DNA of 64,000 nt from Phoronis australis (Eukaryota > Animalia > Phoronida). Of the stretch, positions 1 through 12,000 are shown in pieces. The stretch lies in the NCBI GenBank assembly GCA_002633005.1, contig NMRA01000028.1, forward strand, positions 1,583,505 to 1,647,504, given 5' to 3'. Each line of letters starts with the position of its first letter. Within the stretch, counting starts at the first letter, position 1. The notes under the pieces are model-generated. The model did no database searches, had not been told where the DNA came from, and saw nothing but the letters and a program-made list of their open reading frames with translations. Both the position numbers and the translations under genes were made by a program.

Positions 1-21
1 GTCTGGTACCCAAATACACAG

Positions 22-58
<37 letters not shown>

Positions 59-69
59 CATACACATAC

Positions 70-115
<46 letters not shown>

Positions 116-117
116 AT
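22..117. repeat. (TA)n/(TACA)n compound microsatellite
   Basis: Directly visible. Confidence 0.95.
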
Positions 118-552
118 AAATGATTGGTGAGACATAGCATGTGTGGTGGATGTGAAAACATAACTCAGTTAGCGTACTAACTTCGCCAACATTGCAAAAC
201 AAGTCACTGTTTTGTGTTTGGGAGCTGAGGTAATTTTGGAAATAGAAACATGAGCAGAAATTACCGAATAAACCCAAAACGATTCATTTTTGGTCTGGGA
301 AACAGGATTGGAAAACAAGGAATAAACTTAAATGGTTTGTATTTGACTTGCACCTAGCTCAATAGGCAGTCTTCTGTTTTGTGCTCTTCAGTATCACAAC
401 TGTCGGCCATTGTAATATGCCTTCTCTTGAGAGGACGCTAAGTCATGTCCCAGTGTCTCCATTTGTTTCCTTCGACCATCAAATGGAAGGAAACATGAAG
501 AATGACATAAGGGTTCAAGGAAATACTGTTTTTAGGCAATTGTCACTTACAG

Positions 553-1236
553 GGGTTTTGGATTTTGAGAACCAGTTTAATCCCTATTATTCAATGGAGA
601 AAATGGTTCTCGAAATGCAAGATTCACGTGAGTGATTTCTTTCATGGCAAGTAACGTTTGTGTAAGATGCTAGAAAAATGTCCTTATTAAGCCAATTTTG
701 GGCGATCAGTCATACAAAACTTTCAGATACTATGCTTTATGTACCGTTGTCCAAAAGACTGTTAGAAATTGTTTTAGTAATTAAGAAGTTTCGCTTTTGT
801 ATGAGGGGCTATGAAATATAGAAGACTTTTATGATTTTCTTGAAAAAGAAGAGTTGCATAAAATGAAAATGAAATGATATTTAGAAAACTGTAATTTGAT
901 TCTGAGATTTCATCTTGAACTTTTAATAGTAAACGGAATTTAGTCCATTCCATTAATACCAGTTTGTTTTACTATTAATGTAACTTTTTTCCTTAAGTTT
1001 TACTACAAGGCATGGTCATGTCATATCAATAGCAGATTAACAAAAAGTCAATAGGCTTTCTACTGTCAGAAGATAAATAGTTTTGTAGAGTTAAACTCTA
1101 TAGTTTTGTTGATATTTGGTTGAATACACGGACTTGTCAATGACGTCCTGTGTAACCTTAATTTTTTTATTTTATAGCTTCCACCAGAAAATATTTTGGG
1201 GAGCTGGGTTTTCAAAACAATGTTAACAGCCTTTGA
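553..1236 (+). CDS. Possible last two coding exons (553-627, 1178-1236) of an upstream gene
   Basis: cttacag/gtgagt exon encoding VLDFENQFNPYYSMEKMVLEMQDS, joined in phase 1 to a ttttatag exon encoding STRKYFGELGFQNNVNSL-stop; no recognisable domain. Confidence 0.3.
655..1157 (+). mobile_element. TTAA-flanked Kolobok-type MITE family K1, copy 1
   Basis: Ends cctgtgtaacc-TTAA; aligns by eye with 43536-44034 and 38312-39107 (gaggggctat, gttgcataaa, ttagaaaactgt, gagattt.atcttgaac, catggtca.gtg). Confidence 0.65.
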
Positions 1237-1659
1237 AAATTAAAGGGAAATGTTAATTTGGCATTTTCTTCTACAAAATAGGTGAGGTTTTACCATGATT
1301 TATACCTAGTAAAGGCCGGCGGAAATTTTACCATTTTGTGGAAGGCCTTTTTAATCAGCGATGAGTTATCATGTGAAACTGCACCAGCGCACGCAATGCA
1401 ATTTTTTGTCATGACTGAGGTGCCCAGTAACGGCTTCTTGCGCAGTTATCAAGATTATCTAGCAGCGAGGCTAGGAACTAGCACATGGCATAGTTATCAT
1501 GTCCAGTCTCAACTGTGACATGCTTCCTTGTACAAGCTTTCAAGTCATTCTTATCTGAAATCCTATAAGTATTTGTTTTTGACCTCGATCAAGATGAATA
1601 ATCCACGTCATGTGCACAGGGTATGGCAAGATGCCCCTCAACATCTTTCAATCATACTT

Positions 1660-1966
1660 ACAGATACATTCATACAAGTCAGTAATAGTATTAACACGAC
1701 CAAATTTCATTTGATATAAATGTTCAAGATAAAAATCTCAAAAACTGTTAAATTTTTTTAAAAAGATATTTCATTTTTGTTTTATGCAACTTTCATAAAA
1801 GTCCTATTTTCAAGAGCAGCTGGTGTAAAGTAAAACATTATGAAAACAATCCCTAACAGGATTTATTGTAGAACAGTGCATACAGCATGGTATGTGAAAG
1901 TGTCTTATGAATGATTTGAGACATTGCAAAGGTAGCCGTATTTGGACTCTGGGGCCCTACATAACT
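1660..1966 (-). mobile_element. Partial inverted copy of MITE family K1
   Basis: The reverse complement contains tttgagatttttatcttgaacattt, aaagttgcataaaac and the terminal gttatgtagg. Confidence 0.55.
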
Positions 1967-3042
1967 TTTGGTCATGGTCAATTTTTCTTCATCACAATCT
2001 TCAGCTGTTACTAGATATTCTTGTTTAAGTGAGTATTTTTTTCCGGTCTCTTGTTAACTCTTGACTCGGTTGGCAAATGTTTTTATTTATGTATAAATAT
2101 TGATAAGACCCGAAATCTTTGTTCTGTGATGTAAATTTCTAATTTTTGATGCAGAATAAAAGAATCGTTTATTTTTAGTCATTGCTCTGTTACTTAATTA
2201 ACTTTAATGCAAAACTATTTGCCACTTAGCAGTTCATTAGGATATCTCTATATCATTCTTTATTGCAGTCATGTTTGTGAGTAAAGGAATTTTTAATGCG
2301 TGCTGCACAACTGTCTTGTTACAACGCAGACTATGTTGTTTTTAAAAATTTTTAAAAATATAATTGTTACTGTGTTACCTTGCTTGGACTAAATAGAGTT
2401 GTTACTATTGTTGTTATTATTATTGTCATCATATTCATATTATGCATGGAAAATCATGCAATAAAATTTGTTGTATTGTGCAAAGCTTTCGACAATACAC
2501 AACATCATTACAGGCAATTGTTTTCATTCAAAGCTGAAGTGGCTTTATTGTAATTGTGAAAATTTTCTGCTTCTGTGTGAAGCTCCTGTCTTTTGGGTTG
2601 TCAAGAACATCAAAAGTCTGGTGTTATTGATTAGTCATGGAATACAACTGGCAAGGTGACCCGTATGAGTTTGTTTAATTATGGTGTGAACCATAGGTAA
2701 GAGGTTGTGCACCTCGCAGTAGTGTTGATTACATGTTCATTTGCTGACATGGGAAGTGCTACATCCTGTTGTTTGCATATGAATGTTGTACCAAACTGTT
2801 GTTCATTACTACACTGTGAAGCATGTGACATGTAATTAATGGATTAAATGTACTGGCAAGGTAAACTTGTATCCTGTACATACACATATGCATACATTTA
2901 TAACCATCAGATTCATTATGGCCTTTGACGAGATGCTGCTAAGGGTGGGCACAGGGGATATTTATGAATGTTGTAAGCTAATGGTAGAATGGCATTTTAC
3001 CATTAGCTGATGGTTCATGAAAATGCCTTCCTTATTAGAATT

Positions 3043-3300
3043 TAACTTATTTGGCGAAATGAAATTTCTCAAAGTACGTTGCTTTGCCATAAAATTTTTG
3101 TTTTTTTGTTTGTTTGTTTTTTTGTTCGCACGCTACATATCGCAATACTTATCGGATCAATGTGAAATTTACACACAGTATGTTTTTTGTGAGTGGCTCG
3201 AAGCCTATAGTTTTTGGTTAAAATTGGAAACAAGATGGCGCTGACATGGCCATTTTCCCTTTTTTGGTTGTGGAGAGATAGCTGCACTGTTTCTAGTGAG
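3043..3300 (+). mobile_element. Degenerate HINE/DINE-like fragment with (GTTT)n
   Basis: Microsatellite followed by tgaaattt.cacac and aagatggcg motifs typical of such elements; boundaries approximate. Confidence 0.3.
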
Positions 3301-3862
3301 ATTTTTCTGATTTTGTTTCTTTTGATAGATCATCGAAAGAGCTATCGATAGTATTTCATTTGTTTTTCTATTGGTCTTACTGTTTCGAGTTATTCGAGAT
3401 TTTCTGATGACTTGTCTCCAGATAGCTGACTTTTTGTGTCGTGCCGTCAGCATTCCTTGACGAATCTATCTGAAATTTAAAATGCGGATAGATTGTTTCA
3501 AGTGCTATCAGCAATGTAAACTCCATTTCTTGCTAGGACTTACCATTCTTGCAGTATTCAAGATTTACTGTGCATTTGACTGCTCTTTTGTTGAGGTTCT
3601 TTATAGCTGTACTTTGTTAGCCTTTCTTATTTGTGCTGGAGATTGCATTTTTCGTATGATAACGTACAGTGTTAACTTAGTCAATGGCCCGAGGGCTTCC
3701 ATTCTTGGGCGAAATACAGGATGGTACTGTGACGGCCATTTTTCGAATTATGTGGCGAAAGGCTAGCTCTTCGGTCCTACGACCGAACCTTTTCAATTTT
3801 GGTATGTAAATGGGTCTCATCAAGAACTATCTAATGCATTGGTTTTGTAATCCACCTCACCT

Positions 3863-4354
3863 CAGGCCTTCATGCAGCGTACGTCCTGGGCGTCCAAATG
3901 GACGCCCCAGCACTAATATGGATGCCCTGGCAAGGACGCCCAATGTATCATTTGGACGCCCACTGTCAATAGGAACCTTTCAAGTTTGGACACACACATT
4001 GTAATGATTACTAGGAAGCCTCTGAAGGCTCACAGTGGGGGCTCTTTTTTCAAAGCAGGAAGAAATATACAATGTATATACAAAGTATATACACTGTTGC
4101 TATGCTCACACTTGGTTGATAGCATTGTAAAAGTCTTGGTCTACACCAATGTTTTATTAAAAATGCTCACTACAGAAGGCTGTTTTGTAAACTTAGATGT
4201 AAAAACCTTGGTCTATGCATTTTTTTGTAAAAAAATCTGTGTGTTGGGGGGGATTGCTGGGGATGGGGGGTTACGCGTCGGAATTATGGACGCCCTGGAA
4301 TATTGGGAACCTAATTTTGGACACCCTATTTTCGAAATCCTGGATGAAGGCCTG
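3863..4354. mobile_element. hAT-type MITE
   Basis: 15-bp TIRs CAGGCCTTCATGCAG / CTGGATGAAGGCCTG, perfect 8-bp TSD CCTCACCT, subterminal GGACGCCC repeats. Confidence 0.9.
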
Positions 4355-6455
4355 CCTCACCTTTAAATTTTTATTTGATTTCACCAGAGTGCCTTCATTA
4401 AACTTTTACATAGTTGGCTATAGGTGAGGCCTGAAAAATCAAGGTCAACAACACCTTATTGATTTTAAAGATTAATTCTTTTTTTAATGTTAAGTAGCTT
4501 ATGTGGCATCTGCTAAAGGGATTACACTCTCATATTGACTTTTCAAGTCCAGAATAGCCAAAGGAGACCATCAAGGTGCATGTATCATCTTACTTCTGTA
4601 CTTACCGGCGGAATTTTTGTGTAGTGGTCACTTTTTGCCTAATTGAGAAACAGATTTTTTCTGGAACATGCGAGGTTGTGAAATTTCTGGTCACCGAATA
4701 TATGAATTCTCAAGGAAATGATTTGTTCACTTTGTGAACTACCGAAAACCATGAACTTCAGTTTGAAAGGTGCTCCATCTGTTTTGACAAGGCTTGTCAA
4801 AAATGCTGATTTTTGCAGAATTTTGACCTCATCCTTATAGAGTTGACGCTGTAAAAAGGAAGGGAGCATAGCCACCATTCTATTTTCTGAGATTTTGTTA
4901 ATATTGAAAGTTGATTCAAAGCTGTTATGTAGACAATCAACTGAAAGCGCTTGGCTTAAGCAACTGAAAACTGACTGAGAGCGAAACTGTTAACTTGAGA
5001 AAAAATAGGAACGAGAGCGCTCGGAGGAGCGACACTTGGCGAAATTACGCGAAAACAGGACCATGGGGAGCCTAATATCATCAAAATATGAAATTTAGCT
5101 CAGCGTATCTCAGCTTGTACAGTTGGATCAACCATTGATTTGGTCATATGACCTTGTTCGGTATCAGTAAAATTTAGCTTGTCTAAAGTGGATCACTTTA
5201 AGACCAATTCCTAACAGCGTTATGGACAACACTGCACTAAGTGCAATGTGAAAGTTTCATTCGAATCCCATTGGCTATTTCTGAGCTGTAATGTTACCAA
5301 GCTAGCTGGAACTGGAATTTTTCTTGAGTCCTACATTTTGAGAATTTTTAAGAGTCTGTTCTTCTGAATCTAATGTCCACCTGAAGTATTTGCTGTTTTT
5401 ATCAATTTATCAGTTAACTTCAACTGATATGGATGTTTGCATTGTAGGCTGTGCAACACACAGGCTGGCTACTTACCGTATGTGGTGATTTATGGGCGGT
5501 AGTGAAAAAAAAGTGCTTGATAAAAAACGAGGAATCAAAAGAACTTTATATGGAGGGTTCTCCTTGAGCAAAAATTCAGTGGTGGTGCAAATTCTGCATC
5601 CTGATTTCCATTTCTATTAGTTTAGAAAAAAGTTAATTAGACACTAGTTTCATTTGCTAGGCACGCCACTATCATTTTCACTGGAAAATAATGAAAATCA
5701 GTACCACTATGGTATTTCAATCATTTGTCTTGTAACTCTAACTTTTCAAACATGGCTTTAGATTTTAAGCATTCTTGGGTACTTCTCAGACATGGATCAA
5801 GATATCCAAATATGGTGGAAACCATTTCAGACATGATGCAACTCCATGTTTGAATAAATGTAACTAGAGCACTGATTAATCAACTCTAATGAACTCATCA
5901 AAAATATTCAGTTGCTCCGAAGACAGCGGCATTGTAACTCGTGTTTGATAACCAGTGCACTTGGAATCAAATCAAATCAAATGGTACAGTGTAGCATTTT
6001 AAAACAACACCTAACTTTCTGATGACATTTCTTAATATTGTGACATTGATTGTACTTGGTTATTGCTTTGTTCCGTGTCATTAGTGTTTTGATTAATAAT
6101 CAAGTATTCACATACAATATTTTAATATTGTATTGGTTTAAAAACCAATGTTTTCATGTCTTTGTAAGTCACTATTATGTTGCAGCAAAAATGAAAAGAA
6201 TTTGCTTCATAAAACATCTTATTTTCAGTATGTTTCCAGTAAAAATTCTTCAATTTGAACCAAAAACATATTTAATTAGTTAAAATTTCCAGTGTTGGGT
6301 TTTCAGATGTAAATTTTTTGCCAGTTGTTCTGTGGTAATAGCTGTTTTATGCAGGCTATGTTAAAAGTAGATAATTTTCTTAAAAAGTCATTTTTGATGA
6401 AAAATTTGGTAAAATCAAGTTTCTGCTTTGCTATGTCCCAAACTAGACTTCTTAA

Positions 6456-8123
6456 AAGAGAATTCCACCCGACTTAATTAGTCTTTTTTACCGTCTTAAT
6501 CTGTCTATATCCACATTGCCTCTTATACGGTCAACCTCACCTTGACTAGAGGTGTCGCGTTAATGTGTGAGGAAGATGAGAAACGATGCAGTGACGTCAG
6601 TGGTTCTTCTGCAGAGTGAATGCCGCTATATTGCGGTGCATCGTTCACGCTTGTCCAAACTATGAAGTTGGGAAGAAAGTGGGTATATCGTTTTTACGAC
6701 TTCCTCGAGAGCCTGAAATGCTTAGGAAGTGGCTCGCGGTAGTAAAGAATGAAAGGTAGGCTGTTAATAGCAAGTATGAGGCCATGAAACATCTCCGTGT
6801 CTGTGGCTGCCATTTTGTTGACAGTTATTTCTCTGATGAATTCCGGCTTACCAAAGAACTATCCATATGTTCCGTTGCCTCTGCATGTTCACGGCGCCTC
6901 TCTAGTGTATTTCAGTTCGAACTGATACCGTATGAAACCTAACGATCCGACCCGTGAAGTCTTCGTCACCTGAGCTCTTGACTAAGTCGGGATTGGCGCT
7001 GGACGAGTTGCCATGTAGATCGATGTTTATTATTCTGCGTTCTGTTTCAAAATGAATTATTTTCATCCTAACCAATGCTTATATGAAACTTAAACAAAGT
7101 TTGTCTCATTAAATACAATTTATAATGCCTTGGTGAACTCGTAAGTGCAAATGTTTTGAGAAGCCAGCAATTTGAATAAACCACTGCGTTTCCGGCTTTC
7201 GATGCCGGCAACCGAGGCCGTGTGAGCGCATGCTAATTCAGTGTTTGCTGACAGAAAGCTGTTGTGAAACAATTACTCGATTTTATATGCTATGGTCAAA
7301 TGTTAGGGGAATCTTTATTTAGAAATACAAATACATTATTCAAATCATTATTACTGTACAACCGTTGCCCTGACGGTCTGTGGAAGGGGAACCCAACATC
7401 GCAGCCTCCGACAGATAAGTAGATTTTCAGTTTCGTGGCTAATTCACATAAATAATTACGTGCACATTTCTATAGCTCACTATTATATCTTTTTCGTGAC
7501 TGGAGGTTTAGTTTCCAACTCAAGCTGGTTTATGTTCGTAAAAGTCCCGGCAGCCGCGACGGGCCTGATCGTGTTCCGAGCCACTGGCCGAAATAACGAG
7601 TCAGTCCGGCCACGAAGGGGCTGATCGGGGTCCGAGCCAATGGCCGGTATAACAAGTGTTTTGTGTGTTTAGAACTCAAAAAATCACAAGTATAACAACA
7701 CAGATCCAGGTTCTCCTGTCTGTATTTCACGGAAGAATACTTCGAATTTATCTCTGAATAGACCTTGGTAAATTGGCCTACCGAACTTTGTAGGCTACGA
7801 TGTGTCCAAATACCAGTAAATCCGTAACAGCGAAATAAAACAACAAGTTTTTATAAGAGCTCGGTGTATTTTTAATGGTTTTACATCGAAGTTTGATAAT
7901 TTATTGGTGTTAGACAATGAATTCAAGCTATAAACTGACACCAGTAACCCGTGTTGTGAACTGCTGAACAGACTGTGTGTGAAACCAGTTACGTCATTGG
8001 ATAATTTCAACACCTCCGTCTGCCGTCACGTGTCAGGTAACGCAACCGAACGTGCCGTTGTCGAGTAGAACTACTTGATCTAAATTGATACAAAGTAGGT
8101 TGTTTTTTGGGTGGCATTCTCCT
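6456..8123 (+). mobile_element. Non-autonomous Kolobok-type DNA transposon K2 with THAP remnant, copy 1
   Basis: TTAA on both sides, TIRs AAGAGAATTCCACCC / GGGTGGCATTCTCCT; full-length inverted copy at 44039-45723. Confidence 0.85.
6631..6843 (+). pseudogene. THAP zinc-finger remnant of a transposase
   Basis: LRCIVHACPN...FLRLPREPEMLRKWL...ER*AV...RVCGCHF: C2CH THAP signature with one in-frame TAG. Confidence 0.8.
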
Positions 8124-9022
8124 TTAACCTTCTTGTCTTCTACCATAATTCATTGGTCATTTTGTGTTTAAAATTTCTAATGGTAACGAAAATGACATAT
8201 AGATTTCAATTTAGTGGCTCAAATGCATTGTTTCATTGTTCTCATTGTGTGACGCATTAGTCACCCAAGTCAATATTGCTGTCCTTACCAAAATGCAGTG
8301 AAACACTGGGGGCCTTTTGGTGTTCCAGCACAAAGGCTTGTCAGTTTTTTTGCTTACCTGTGAGCGTCTCTGTTCCAAGCCCAGGTAACATTGGGTCTTC
8401 AAATTTGTGCATGTGGTCCACCTAAAGCCATGTGAGTAGTGAGGCCTACATAATAACCCTGCTTTTGAATAGCTTGAGGCCAATTGTTTTTGGTCATGAT
8501 CAGGTTTAAATTGGTGAATGTAGTGGCCATCTTGTTTTCAAAATCGTACTTAAACCCTTCTGAAACCTGCATTTTCATTGTACTGCGCTCAACGTCAAAG
8601 CTTACATGAAGCAGCTCGTGTACTACCGATACGTAAAGTTTCATCTGAGGTACGCTACCAAATTTGTACCCAAAATGCACTTTCTTCATCATAGATAGCA
8701 ATAGATACGCGAAATAGTGCACAAACATTTGCATATGACTTAAGAACTGTGATGAGAGATTTCTGTATTGATAACACACAGCCACAGTAAGCTTGTCCCA
8801 AGTCATTGGGGGTAGGATGCGTGAGGATATGCTGAAAATTTTCTGTGCCAACCGTTATGTTTACGCAGATGAAGCATCAAGCAAAGAATATATTGACGTC
8901 TCAAGAAATACGACGTGTTGCCTTTGTGGAGTGTGTGAATATACCGTATACTGTATGAAATATATTTCTAATTTCAGATCAGCTTGAAGTGCCAGTGAAG
9001 TCGTTGAGTTGAGAGACTCACC

Positions 9023-9068
9023 ATGAACTCCTACCTACTGGTTTTACTTCTCTGTTCATTGAAGCTTG
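9023..9068 (+). CDS. Cadherin coding exon 1: signal peptide MNSYLLVLLLCSLKL (exon probably starts at 8978 with 5' UTR)
   Basis: caccATG context, hydrophobic core, G|gtaag donor (phase 1), upstream tttcag acceptor at 8976-8977. Confidence 0.7.
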
Positions 9069-12000
9069 GTAAGATGCTTTCACTCTCAATGATATGTACA
9101 TGTTATTATTTGAGGGAACCATTTATTTCTTCAATCTATGTTACATTTGACAGACCCGCATTAGAAATGTCTGGTCATTTGATATTGATTCGCCTGTGTG
9201 TGTTTCTTGAAGTATTCAGTAAACATCATTATTTGCCTCCACCTAATGCTGTCATGACTCATTAATACCACCAGGTAACCATCCATTGATTGCAACAGGT
9301 GTAGCATTGCTAACATACTGTAGTCATGGTTATATTTTTTAATCCGTTATGCCGCTGAAGCGTTTTAATGATTTAAGCTTGAAACGTGGTTGTTTATATG
9401 TATGTTTTGTATGTTTCTATTATTGCTTTTCCACCAAAACTGATACTCCCCTGTTCTGCAGAGTATTGATCAGCAGGTCATCTCAACTCAACCGTTGCAA
9501 CTCCTCTCAAAATAGGTGGATTAAACTGCAGATTAGCTCAATTCCTTTGCAATGGGAAAACATTAAAGCCAGAAGGATTAATCACTAGAGATCGGAACAG
9601 GACTTGGAATTTTCGTCTTTTAAGAGGATTTCCTTTATTTTGGTCTCGATTTTTTCGTCTTTGATTCCCATTTTATTCTTTTTTGTCTTTTTTATAATTA
9701 CTTTGACTTTATTCCTGCAAAAACATGTATTTCAATTAAATTTTACAACACAAAAAATATTGCTATCGCACAAGCCTATTTTTTGTTGAAAGATACATCA
9801 CCTGGAAAATTTTCTTCTTTGTTATCATCGGTAGCAGTTCATCTGTCCTAGTTTTGAAGGAAGTTAGAACATTCTAAACAAGATATCTGTATGCTTGACT
9901 GTAATTCATTACTGGTTGTGTTAAACTGCAATACTTTTGAACAGAATATGCCAAGATGCTTTTCTCATCTGACGGCAACTGCGAAAATGCTTATTGTTTA
10001 AAGAAGCTTCTGCCAGTGAACATGAAAAGTTTGTTTTTGTTGACATGCCACTGAAACGCAATGAATTTTGGCAATACCATTTTTCAACTTACTAAGTGCA
10101 CTTTCTTTTTTTGCTCATAATTTCAAGAAGATGGGTAATTTTTTTTTCAGATTAAGTATTTTTATTTTCTCTAGCATGGGTATTTACAATTTACACGACA
10201 CAATAAACAATACAGTATACAAGTACATTAGTTGCAACAAATTATCGTCAAGTATCACAATTTGGTATACAGAACAGAAATACAGATATGTAAGAAAAAA
10301 ATCAAGCCATTCTCACCCTTAACATACATGCCACACGCACCCGCCCCCCCAACTTACTCTTAGTAGGATGTTGTCAGGCAAAAGTTATGGTTAACCAGTT
10401 TCTCCAGGTTGCATGGTATTCATCTAAATTACCATTATCTAATAAAATCCTTCTTTGAATATAAAATTCTCTTTCTAATATCTTAAGGAACTGACAGAAA
10501 CTGGGGATTATTTTTTTACACCTGGATAGGTAAATAAAATGTTTTAATTGCAAAAGTATTTAAAACTTTATTTTCATTACTTATGGGCAGCCCAAAAAAC
10601 ATTGTTTTTTTTGTCAATAACCATATTTATACCTTTTACCAACAACACCCAAATGCGTAATTCTCCTATCAATGTTTTTATATTATTGCATTCGAAAAAG
10701 ATGTGATCCACTGTTTCACTTTGTGAATGACAGAAAGTACATACATTAGAGTCCACCAGGTTAATTTTTCTAAGAAAAGAGTTGGTTACAAGTATTCTAT
10801 GTAATAGTTTAAACTGCAGTGTACATAACTTGAAATCATAAGTAGTTTTAAAAGACATTGAATATAATTTTTTCCAGTCATCACTTCGAAAGTTATAACC
10901 TNTAAAGTTAGTATTTTAATGATTATTTGTAACTTTATTCCACTGACGGCTCATTTTAGCCCTTAACTTAGAATTTTATTACATAAACTGGCGTATCTTG
11001 TTTCTCATCTTGACATCACGCACTTTTTTGATTGAAGCACAACACACACTCTGCCAGGAAACGCAGTCCGTGCAAGTATTACAGTGCGCGTGGCCGACGA
11101 GTTAACTCAATGGTTTTGGCCAAAAGTAAAATCTTCATAAGAAATCACAGTACACAAAAAACTTCGCATATCAATACAGTATCAGGATAATTTATATATG
11201 ACACAAATATGCGAGTAATTACATTTATTTGGCAATAAAATGCTCTCTGCTTCTCATGATCAAGTAGTCGATGGATTGACGGTGAAAGCTGCGCGAAATT
11301 AGACTTTCGGATTTAGCTCGGGAGCGTCCGTCATGTGCGAAGACCGTCTGCCATGACATCACGGAATCACTTCCTTGAATTTATGATTTTGGCATTCTTT
11401 TGGCATTTTTGTCGCCAAATCACCATTTGAAGGGAATTTGAAGAGATTGGATGAAAGAAAGTATTCTAAGAGTTGTTCAGTGCTAGTTTCATGGAGTTCC
11501 ATGCACATTTGAGTAGAAAATTCTGAGCAAACAGATTTTGAGTGTCCAACCTTTATGTTTTCTTAAATATATTATTGAGTGACGTCATTTGCGATAAACC
11601 CAAGCGCCTGCGCACCGATACTGGTTGTAAACAATCTTAAAGTGGCATCTCCTTTTCATTCACAAACTAGTTTACTCAACGACACAAGTTATGTCCCAAG
11701 TCTTTCTAAACCACCATAAATATGATTTCCACCCTTAATGGCGGTATAAAATGAGCCCACTGCCTTTTAGATACGTTAAATACATGTGAAATACACCTTT
11801 AAGATTTCAAACTATAAAACTATCTTTCAAAATATTGAAATACTACTTAAAGTCTCCATTTTCGACTTTACTTCTTACCATAGAAGAACACATTGCAGTG
11901 ATATCATTTAATCTACTTTTTTGTTGTGTAATATGTTTTGTAATTGTTTTTGTACACATAGAGTGTGGTCGATCAGCAAAGACTTGTAAGTATGTGTGCT

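Noticed and set aside
7795-8013. ORF repeated at 44149-44337 (MLKLSNDV...)
   Set aside because: The similarity only reflects two copies of the K2 element; non-ATG start and no domain.
8211-8851. 150-aa and 90-aa - strand ORFs upstream of the first coding exon
   Set aside because: No recognisable motif or splice structure; probably chance ORFs.
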